This document shows, one piece after another, positions 53,600 to 64,000 of a stretch of 64,000 nt of DNA. The stretch covers positions 7,998,001-8,062,000 of the forward strand of contig OX597835.1 in the NCBI GenBank assembly GCA_951406725.2, given 5' to 3'. Origin of the DNA: Octopus vulgaris (taxonomy: Eukaryota). Position numbers and translations under genes: made by a program. Under the pieces are notes generated by a model, which was not told the DNA's origin, made no database searches, and saw only the letters and a list, made by a program, of their open reading frames with translations. Within the stretch, counting starts at the first letter, position 1, and the number at the start of each line of letters is the position of its first letter.

Positions 53600-53820
53600 A
53601 GGAGGCGCGCTGGCAGAAGCGTTAGCACGCCGGGCAAAATGCCTGGTGGCATTTCGTCCGTCTTTACTATCTGAGTTCAAATTCCACCGAGGTCGACTTT
53701 GCTTTTCATCCTTTCGGGATCGAGCAAATAAGCACCAGTATAGCACTGGGGCTGATGTAATGTAATCCACTTGACACCCCGCCCCAAATTTCAGGCCCTG
53801 TGCCTATAACAGAAAAAAAT
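53600..53820 (+). mobile_element. SINE family C, older tail type
   Basis: Head and core present; tail CCCCAAATTTCAGGCCCTGTGCCTATAACAGAA. Confidence 0.8.
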
Positions 53821-54442
53821 ATTGTATATGAATTATAATATATTATCCTATATAAATCATTGATCAATGTGTTACGTTCTTGAAAGAGTTTTTTATTACA
53901 TTATATACAACCACACATCCATCCATCCATCCATCTATCCATCCATCCATCTATCCATCCTTCCATCCATCCATCCATCTATCCATCTATCCATCCATCC
54001 ATCAATACATACATACATGCATAAATATATACACAACGTGCAAATATATATATATACCTGAATGAGCCTAACCAAGTAGTCTCATACTCATAGAACTGTC
54101 TTCACTTTGTTGCTTTGTTAGTGCCCGGCTTGAATACAGCAATGGAAAAATCACAAAACCCAAAGAAGATGTGTGCATGCATGCATCCATACGTCCATCC
54201 GTCTGTCCGTCCGTCCATCCATCCATCCATCCATCCATGCACCTGTATACACATGTATGTATATAATTGTATGTATAGATGTATGAATAGTTGAGGCTTG
54301 AATGCAAGTCGTAGCAAATGCAATCCCTACAAGAACTGTACTTAATTTACGGAAACCAAATTTAAAGTCGGGTGGAACTCATTTAAACCGGCAGGTCTCG
54401 AAGACATCATTGATGTAGTTATACGGTTGACTGACATCAGTC

Positions 54443-54521
<79 letters not shown>

Positions 54522-54804
54522 GCACCTATAATTAATATAGAATGCAAAAGTTTTCGTTAGACCAATCATGTTATCTATTGTCAGCACACCACCGGCACCA
54601 AATGGTACCGACCCATGAATCAGAGGGCAAACAGGATTTCGTCAGCTGTTCTGTTGGAGCGTTGTGAAATAATTAACTGATTTTAACCACTGGGCCATTG
54701 CACCTCCACTGCTGTTGTTGCTGCTATTGTTTCTGTTGTTGCTGCTCTTGTTGTTGCTGTTGTTGTTGTTGTTGTTATTGTGATGGTTGTTCAGCTCTAA
54801 GTCA

Positions 54805-55180
54805 GCTGTTAAAGCAACAGGGATATGAAGGCCTGCAACATCAATATTAGCGGTTGGGAGGCAGTCGCCGGCAACCGTGGAGAATGGCGACGTACAGTAA
54901 AAGAGGGAATACAAAGGAGTGACAGAGAGAGAGAGAGGAGGAATGGAAAGAAAGGAAGAGACGTAAAGAAGAGACTATGGCACTACAACCAGCCAGGAAC
55001 AGTCTTCGCTACATTTGCGGTACCTGCCAGAGGGAGTGTTTGTCCAGGATAGGACTACACAGCCACAGCAGGAAATGTATCAGGACATGAAATGTAAAAG
55101 CCGGACTAGACTACGAAAAAAAAAAAAAAAAAAAAAAATGCGCAACTCCATTGTCTCCCGAGACAGAAAAGATGCCAATA
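54805..55180 (+). pseudogene. RTE (BovB-like) LINE 3' end
   Basis: DMKACNINISGWEAVAGNRGEWRRTVKEG, ..RIGLHSH.., and 3' UTR CCATTGTCTCCCGAGACAGAAAAGATGCC. Confidence 0.82.
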
Positions 55181-56562
55181 CAAATTATCATGGTCCTATC
55201 ATCCTAGCAGCAGCATTATCCATCAAATCGCTTTGGTTGAATTCCCAGACTACATTCTCTCGAATGTTCTTCCTTATTTCATAGCCGGTCACCACTTTTT
55301 ATAGCCGCGTTTTGTTACCGTTTGTGTAACACTATTTTTATGTTTCCTATTTGGAAATAGATATTAAATATATTTTACTTTTGATGTAGGAATATATATT
55401 GATAAAACCCGTCACATATAACTTGCTTATAAGTTTTATCATTATACTTAAGTCCTAACTCCAGCTACATAAACGCCATAAGCGAGAAATATATACTCTG
55501 AAACGCCAACGGACATTTTATGCTTGTATGTATGTTGAAGATAAATAAATTCGAGTTCTTTTAATCGCTATAAAAATACACAGTTTCATAATTGCAGAAA
55601 TAAATTTCAAAAACAAGTTGAAGAACGTGAAGAAAGAGAAAATAATTGCTACATTATTTTATTTAAGTACATTTATCATTTATAGTACAATTAGAAAGTA
55701 AAGTCATTTTGTCCTAGAGAGTTACGACTTAAAATTCACACTAGCTAATCCTTAGAGCTTACAACAATTCAAATAAGTCTTGATGGATTTTTATCATAGA
55801 AATGGCATAAAAAATAACCAATATCTCAAGGAGTGAGTGTCGTGGAGTTTAGTAATATCCAAGGAGGAATTACAATGAGTAATTTCCCCCAAATCAGGGT
55901 TTTAATAACTGCTCATATCCGAATTCTAAGAACCGTATTTCATGAAACTTTTCTGTGACGCAAGTTTAGAATTCGTATATGGGCTGTAATTTTAACCAAT
56001 AAGATACCAACAATTATACTTGTTCGGGCGAACGAACATTACGTCATATTGCCACCTTTTATGACTTGCTACAGTTATATTAAATTGTGCTAGGGATCTT
56101 ATTCTGAGAAAGCTTTGACTGTTATTTCTAGCAGGTGGAACAACCAAAGCGAAGTATCCGTCGTTGAACAGTTGAGTATCGCTATACAAGGGCTCAACTT
56201 CTCCATTGTTTCTCTCATATAATCTTCAAGAACGTGTTTCAAAGCAAAGCTAACGAAAACATTGAAAATTTATGGACGGTGCCGAGATTGCTTTATAATA
56301 CGTAGAGCAATAATCTGCACCAACTTCGTCACATGACAACTGACTAAACACTGAGTAATGTCATAGTTAGGAACAGTCTGCATTACTCTGCGCAAATAGT
56401 AATGGTTCTCATATCTATTACATGAGTTAGAATATTTTATACTATGTGGCTTAGTATTGCCATAGCTACAAAATTTGTCTCTATGCTGTATATTTCATTG
56501 TAACATGTAATATTGTCATATCTTACATAGTAAGCGTGAAAAATTAATACTGTCATTAATTA

Positions 56563-56835
56563 TGTGAGGTATATTTGCCATCTCAATATGGCTAACCACT
56601 AAGGGTGGATGTTACTGTAGCTTGTAGCCCCAGGAGAACATCTCCTCCAGCTGGCTATAGGCACACTGTCTGTGCCCTATCTTTTTTTGCAAAGGGAGGT
56701 CATCCTTCCCTCGCCAACCTAAGTGATACGCACGGACTGCAGTTTCTGGGTATTGACCCGTCATCAGCGTACGACAATCACCGGTTTTCGATGAAAGGAG
56801 TCCCAATGCAAATATCCCGATCTGAGATTTATTAT
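56563..56835 (+). mobile_element. Unclassified element, long form, with a 12-bp TSD
   Basis: TGTCATTAATTA at 56551-56562 and 56836-56847. Confidence 0.8.
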
Positions 56836-56853
56836 TGTCATTAATTAAATATA

Positions 56854-57045
56854 TACCTATTTCTTTACTACCCACAAGGGGCTAAACACAGAGGGGACAA
56901 ACAAGGACAGACAATCGGATTAAGTCGATTACATCGACCCCAGTGCGTAACTGGTACTTAATTTATCGACCCCGAAAGGATGAAAGGCAAAGTCGACCTC
57001 GGCGGAATTTGAACTCAGAACGTAACGGCAGACGAAATACCGCTA
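56854..57045 (-). mobile_element. SINE family C body plus Tx1-like tail, lacking the 5' half of the head
   Basis: Sense runs from TAGCGGTATTTCGTC to GTAAAGAAATAGGTA. Confidence 0.85.
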
Positions 57046-57757
57046 ATAGAGGGGTGTGAACACAGTTATATCTTTGAATGCAGTACGAATAAGGAATTAG
57101 CTTATCTACCATATCTGTGCAGAGCATTTTCAGTAGTCTTATATTTGGCAAAAGTCTATAGCGTCATTATAGCTATAAACGTATCAGGGATATTTTATGA
57201 CTATATGCAATAACATTTTACTACCGCCATAGCTATGATAGAAGTCTGGATAAATTTTAAAACTAAGAATAGTTATTCTAGGAATAGTTATCTATGATAG
57301 TTGCCTAAATACTATGTAAGATTACAAGCATAAGTTAGTTAATGAGACCAGATCCAAGGGCGATGTCTAAATAATTTAGACTACAAACCATAAACAATTA
57401 ATACCATGCTATCTATGATAATAAAATAAATGATAATGTTATATATGTTCGTTGATTTACAGTCATAAATACGATAATAGTTTCGCTATGAAGATGGTCG
57501 TAATCTAATAACTGAAACAAGTAAAAGATTAAAAGATCAAACGGTTAAGATAATATATAATAAATAGTTACTTCTGTCATATCTATGTTAATAGTCTAAA
57601 TACAACATAAGACTATGAATTTTGGATAATTAATACTGTGATATCTGTAATGAGACTCTAGATTCTAAGACGATGTTTACTAAATAGCTAACAATATCAT
57701 ATTTCGATGACAGTGGTCTAAATATTGTTCAACGTACAACAAATAATAAATCCTATT

Positions 57758-58097
57758 TCTCTCTTTTTCTCTTTTACTTGATTCAGTCATTTGACTGCGG
57801 CCATGCTGGAGCACCACCTTTAATCGAGCAACTCGACCCCGAGACTTATTCTTTTGTAAGCCCAGTACTTATTCTATCGGTTTCTTTTTGCCGAACCGCT
57901 AAGTAACGGGGACATAAACACATCAGCATCGGTTGTCAAGCAATGCTAGGGGGACAAACACACTCACACAAACACACACACGTATATATATATATATATA
58001 TATACATATATACGACGGGCTTCTTTCAGTTTCCGTCTACCAAATCCACTCACAAGGCTTTGGTCGGCCCGAGGCTATAGTAGAAGACACTTGCCCA
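57758..58097 (-). mobile_element. SINE family A, 5'-truncated
   Basis: Match ends at CACTTGCCCA. Confidence 0.88.
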
Positions 58098-58099
58098 GA

Positions 58100-58480
58100 T
58101 AGCATTAAACCAGCACTTCTAGGGGTAGGGATTAGTCAGTTACGTCAGTCCCAGCACTAATTGGTACTTTAGATTTTAGCGGTCACCCCCACCCCCCAAG
58201 GAGGAAAGCAAAATCGACCTCGGCGGACTTTAAGCTCTGATCACGAACAGGCGAAAATAAAGGCGCTGAGCATTTTTGACCGGCATCCAAACACGATTCT
58301 ACCTCCTGGCCGGCTTTTTAAAATTATTTTTTCTAACATTGACACAAACCCAACAATTTGGAGGGGAGCGGGGCCGGTCGATTGCATCGATCCTCGTGCT
58401 TGATTGAGGGACAGAAAAGCAAAGATGACCGCGATGGGATTTGAACTCGGAATGAAGAAGACGAACGAAATGCTGCCAAA
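58100..58480 (-). mobile_element. Two old diverged SINE family C copies
   Basis: GCAAAATCGACCTCGGCGG and GGGATTTGAACTC motifs. Confidence 0.6.
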
Positions 58481-59039
58481 CATTTCCACAACCTAAAAAG
58501 TTCCTCATCCATCCCTCATTCTTTCCACACTCCTCTACTTCCCTGCTATAGTCTGCCTCCTGTGCCACCTCCCCTTCTTCCCAATAATGATGATGCTACT
58601 GATGATGATGGTGATGATGATGATGACAGTGATAACAATAGCGGTGATGCTCATAATGCTGCTGCTTCTGATGCTGATGACGATACTTAATGACAATATA
58701 TATATATATATATATATATAAGCTGTCGCTACTGCTGCTACTACTACTACTACTGCTACTTGTTTTCTATCTTGTTTTCAGCTTGCAGTTTAGTTATAGA
58801 TATCTTGATATCGATGACGACAATAATGATGACGATGCTGCTGCTGCTGCTGTTTCTGCTGCTGCTGTTTCTGCTGCTGCTGTTTCTGCTGCTGATGATG
58901 ATGATGATGGTATTGATGATAATTATGATGTCATCGCTGATGACGCTTCTACTCTGAACTTCCAACAGTGTCAATAAAATTATATGAAAGGATCGCTGAG
59001 CCAACATGAAACGATGACGCAAACGTTTCTTTACGTCAC

Positions 59040-60380
59040 ACTGACACATACGTAAATGCACGCACACACACACACACACACATATATGCATGCATAGATA
59101 CACGCAAACACACACACACACACACCTACACACATACACACACACGTACTGTACTTATATATATGTGGATGCACTCACAGATGCATGTATGTATGTGGAC
59201 ATAGATGCTATGTATGCACAAGCATGCACCATGCAACATACACACACACACAAACGTATATAAAATATACGTATATTATATGTATATGTGTGTGTATGTG
59301 TGTGTGCGTGTGTTGTGTGTGCGTGTGTACGCCCGCGTAGAAACGCATTCCCATGCACGCACAATGCGACAAAGGCACGTGCACACAGGTGCACAAGCAC
59401 GCACATAACATATGAGTGTGTGTGCATGTGCATGCATGTGTGGGTATGTGCATACATGTATGCGTGTGTGCGTGCAAGTGTGTGTGCGTATGTGTAAGTG
59501 TGTGTGCGTGCAAGTGTGTGTGCGTGCATGTATGTGCGCGTGTGTTTGCATTTGCATGTGCATACATGTGTGTGTGTGCGTGCAAGTGTGTGTGCGTATG
59601 TGTGTGTGTGCGTGTGTGTGTGTGTGTGTGTGCGTGCATGTGTCATGTCTATGCGTGCGAGCGTGCGTGTATGTGTAAGTGTGTGTCTGCGTGTATGTGT
59701 GTGTGTGTGTGTGTGCGTGCATGTGTCTGCGCGCGTGTGTGTGCATGTACATGTGCATACATGTATGTGTGCGTGCGTGCAAGTATGTATGCGTATGTGT
59801 GTGTGTGCGTGTTTATGTGTGTGCGAGTGTGTGTGCATGCTTATGCGTGCGAGCGTGCGTGTATGTGTAACTGTGTGTCTGTGTGTGTGTGTGTGTGCGT
59901 GTACGTGTAAGTGTGTGTGTATGTGTGTGTGTGTGTACGTGTACGTGTAAGTGTGTGTAAGTGTGTGTCTGCGTGTATGTGTGTGTGTGTGTGCGTGCAT
60001 GTGTGTGCGAGTGTGTGTGCATGTGCATGTGCATACATGTATGTGTGCGTGCGTGCAAGTATGTATGCGTATGTGTGTGTGCGTGTTTATGTGCGTGCGA
60101 GTGTGTGTGCATGTCTATGCGTGCGAGCGTGCGTGTATGTGTAAGTGTGTGTCTGTGTGTGTGTGTGTGTACGTGTACGTGTAAGTGTGTGTGTGTGTGT
60201 GTGTGTACGTGTACGTGTAAGTGTGTGTAAGTGTGTGTCTGCGTGTATGTGTGTGTGTGTGTGCGTGCATGTGTGTGCGAGTGTGTGTGCATGCCTATGC
60301 GTGCGAGCGTGCGTGTATGTGTGTGTGTGTGTGTACGTGTACGTGTAAGTGTGTGTGTGTGTGTGTGTGTGTGTGTACAG
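59040..60380. repeat. Complex alternating purine-pyrimidine array with higher-order duplications
   Basis: TG/CA/CG-based; ATGCGTGCGAGCGTGCGTGTATGTG recurs four times. Confidence 0.9.
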
Positions 60381-60786
60381 CAGCATGCAGCATGCAACAG
60401 GCACGCAGAAACAACTACATTCGGTGTCCGTATAAACATACATTGCTATTTATATTTTGCATCTTCCAACTATATTAGACACACTGTACGGCTCACAGAC
60501 ACACACACATACACACATGCTTATATCACATACGTTATAGACTGATCCTCTATGCGGTCACACTCGATGCTAGAAATAGCAGGAGTTTATCACTGGAATC
60601 ACACCCAACCGTCATAGAAACGAAATTAATACGCTGGATGCTGCGGTTGTAGATGTCCTAAAAATGACAGGATGGACCACAGCCGGAATGTTTAGTTTGA
60701 TAACAGGTCTGCGTGACCAACACAAAGAGGACTCAGGGTTAGACAACCCCAGGAATTCTGCACATACACAAAGACTGCTTGTGTGC

Positions 60787-60850
<64 letters not shown>

Positions 60851-62019
60851 ATGTTTGTGTGTTTGTGTGTGTGTGTGTTTGTGTGTGTGTTGTGTGTGTG
60901 TGTGTGTGTCTGTGTGTGTTTGTGTGTGTGTGTGTTTATGTTTGTGTGTTTGTGTGTGTGTGTGTGTGTGTATGTGTGTGTATGTGTGGGTGTGTTTGTA
61001 TGTGTGTGTGTGTGTGTGAATACCATACATTTATTTATTTTTCAATACAAATTTACAAACGTCGTCATCCCTGCGATAATACTTCCTCCCGCAACAAAGA
61101 GTGACAGATGGCAGCCTTCATTAACCTTTTCGCATTTCTGGTTGCTGCTATCTCTAGCACGATAATGAGGTCATATGATAACTACATCATGACCTGCAGC
61201 AGTACCTTCAAAATAGTCCTGCTTACCACACCGCCACCACTACCACCACCACCACCACCACCACCAGCACTACTTTTACCATCACCAGTAACACTACCAT
61301 CACCAACGCATTGGTACACGATCGATTCAGTGACATCTCTAGTAGCATCACCTACAACACTACCATAGCAACTGGTCCACCATCACCGTCACCACCATCA
61401 CCTTCACCACCATCACCCCCACTACCATCACTTACCATCACCATTGACGCTAGCAACTGTTTAACCATTCCTTTGTTGTCAAAACACCGGCGTCACCGCC
61501 CCAACCACTACCAACACCGGCACCCTCCCCCAGTTCTCTTCACCCCCCACACACCCAAACAAAAGTCAACGACAGAGTCTCTCCTTCGTTTAATGCCATG
61601 CTGGAAATAGGAGTCAAATTTTCTACATACCCACAGACATCCTAATGTCTTTAAAGTGCACACAAATCAATGTAGTCCGGGTGACACAGTCTCTGAAAAA
61701 GGCAGGAAGGTCATGGTTGGAATATTTTTTTTATAAAATAGGCTCACGAACCGAAATGACTTGGAGCCAAGCAACAGTCTAATGGCGGAATATCTAAGCT
61801 GTTGTCTGACCTGCAAGAAATAGCGGTCAATATTCCCTTGAATTATACTCTAACTTCTTAAACAAAGGAAGGAGGCAGTCCTAGTATATCATCTCTGAAC
61901 AGCAGACGGAGTGGTCATTGCTGGAAGTCCTTTGATTATTGTTCTGCTCAGTCAAGTCTGACACCAAGCCCAATGATGCTGTTAAAAGTGCTAAAGTATG
62001 GTGACATAGCAACGCTCAC

Positions 62020-62067
62020 CTTATGACCTCAGCAAGGGCGGTGAAATCGAGGCTTTGCTGAGAAAAT
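62020..62067 (-). CDS. Candidate 48-nt exon (FSQQSLDFTALAEVI)
   Basis: Acceptor TGCGTTTCGTTCTTATCAG, strong donor AAG|GTGAGC, length a multiple of 3, single open phase (2-2). Confidence 0.33.
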
Positions 62068-62129
62068 CTGATAAGAACGAAACGCATTCACAGTTGTCTT
62101 CCCTGGTTGCCGAAAAGTTTAAATTAATA

Positions 62130-62335
62130 TAGCTTTCAAATTTTGGCACAAAGCCAAAAATTCAGTAGTAGAAGATAAGTAGATTACATCGACCCCAGTA
62201 GTTAACTGGTACTAATCAACTGGGATTTAATTTCTCGACCCCGAAAGTATGAAAAGCAAATTGGCCTCGGCAGAATCTCTACTTAGAACGTAAAGCCTTT
62301 TGTCGGGCATGCTATGATTCTGCCAGCCATTGCCC
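62130..62335 (-). mobile_element. SINE family C, old, older tail type
   Basis: TTTCAAATTTTGGCACAAAGCC tail and TCGACCCCGAAAG core on the plus strand. Confidence 0.7.
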
Positions 62336-62657
62336 TATATGATTAAATTAATAATTGACCGGGAACTAAAGGGTTCTCTCCATACAGCATTTATATTTAT
62401 AATTAAAATTTGGATGATATGGATTAAATGGGTTCATCCCTAATTAGCTAATGATCTTCGTGCAGATGTCATTTTATGATTCTAAAGATGAGAAGACGAG
62501 CAACATCGGAGAAAGAAAATCTGAAATCCACTGGAAATAAAGAGAATACAGAGAGAGCGAAGGGGATATGCTGTTTGACAGTGTAACAGAATATAGCGTG
62601 TTCAAGGGAAGGGAAATTGTCTTCTTAATGACATGGAAGAGAGGGAGAGAAAGAGAT

Positions 62658-62921
62658 AAGTTTCTTTATTGGCCACACAGGGCTGCACACAGATGGGACA
62701 AGTTACAAGGTAGAGCTTTTCTTTTGGGGGATGAAAAAAGCAAAAAACAAAAGAAACAAAAAAAAGGGGTGGCGTAGGTTTTCGATCAAGAGGGATCGTA
62801 AAAGGGAAAAAAAGAACAAAAAGAATAAAATAAAAATAAAAAAATAAAAATTAAAAAAAAGAAGAAAAGGAAAAGGAACAAAAGAAAAGAGAAATGAAAA
62901 AAGAAGAAAAAAGGGGAAGAG
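62658..62921 (-). mobile_element. Tx1 3' UTR fragment adjoining (GATA)n
   Basis: Near-identical to 26821-27070. Confidence 0.88.
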
Positions 62922-63031
<110 letters not shown>

Positions 63032-63367
63032 AGGGCGGGGTTACGTTTAGGTGAATTATATTTTCTGAAAAATATGTTAATAACCAATAACTACCAGAAT
63101 GTCGATCGTATTTAAGGAATAGAGGAGAGTGGCAGCAATTTAGCTGATATGAAAGATTTAATTAATGATGAAGGAAGTTTCTCTTTCCGACGGAGAATTG
63201 CCAATGTAACACCTGTTCATGAACATTTGATAAGGTGTGGCACCTTAATATATATTCGTTATTTCTTAGATGGACTGCGGCCCATGTTCAAACACCGTCT
63301 AAACCTTTGAGTTTTGGTTTAGTTGTCCAGATGGACCCTAAACGTTTAAACGTTTACCACATATACG

Positions 63368-63760
63368 CATCATCATCATCATTGTTCGACCGTGGTCGAG
63401 ACAATGGAATTTACCATGCTACGCCAGACTTCACGGTCCATCATGGCATTACGGAGGTCCTGTTGCTAGATGCCTGTATCCCTGGAGATTACATCAGGGT
63501 AGGAGAATGTGCGCCCTCTGGTATTGCGAGTAGATGGCTTCCAGAGGAGAAGAGTAGGAATTACCTCTTTTTCAGCTCTACAACAATGTCCAGCAAACTG
63601 GACTCTCTTACCTTTCACAAGAGATGGCACAGGTGGTAGTTTCCCAATCTCATGTAAAAGTCGACCCCCTATTTTTGGCCCAAAACTTAGGAGTTTTCCA
63701 GAGAACCTAGTATTAGTATAAACTGGCATAGGGTGTATTCCCAGTACCAGTTATATTTTG
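63368..63760 (-). pseudogene. RTE-clade LINE 3' end with a (TGA)n tail
   Basis: PPVPSLVKGKRVQFAGHCCRAEKEVIPTLLLWKP..RGRTFSYPDVISRDTG..MMDREVWRSMV, then TGATGATGA. Confidence 0.85.
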
Positions 63761-64000
63761 AGGGATTTAATTTTTCTTTCTTAGAAAGACTTTATGAAAT
63801 ATGCAAAATTCTTTCGATGTACATCAGCGGACGTAGAGAGGTGTTCTATATTCAAGATTCGATGGCTGTTTGCGTTAGCAACACCTTTTATTAAAGCGAA
63901 CATTAACGATAAAACCTCGTTATAATTTTCTGACTGATCTCCATAGATTTGTAACGATTTTTTTTTTTTAAAACAACAAATCACTACTTCTGAGACATGA

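Noticed and set aside
59155-60545. His/Thr-rich and Cys/Val-rich ORFs
   Set aside because: Dinucleotide-repeat artefacts; the same applies to the IY, YVCM and HTYI ORFs throughout the window.

Overview
This is AT-rich eukaryotic non-coding DNA, most likely a cephalopod (Octopus-like) intron or intergenic region. That assignment is an inference from recalled SINE/LINE families and the extreme microsatellite load. No complete host gene is visible, and almost all listed ORFs are microsatellite read-through artefacts. The window is a mosaic of mobile DNA: three tRNA-derived SINE families, Tx1-clade, RTE and probable R4/Dong LINE fragments, Penelope-like termini with hammerhead-like motifs, Helitrons (including a helicase relic), a Tc1 DD34E relic, and piggyBac/hAT MITEs. 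The most interesting pattern is an apparent partitioning of microsatellites among retroelements. One Tx1 subfamily sits in (TCTA)n, a sister subfamily in (ATT)n, other elements in (AAT)n and Penelope ends in (TA)n. One SINE subfamily carries the Tx1 3' tail, which suggests a SINE-Tx1 partnership and a tail swap. Also noted: a base-level mosaic at about 28.1-29.8 kb that looks like a consensus artefact over a heterozygous insertion, an unclassified element with fixed ends, and three speculative frame-compatible small exons on the minus strand. All family assignments come from visual motif recognition, not database searches.
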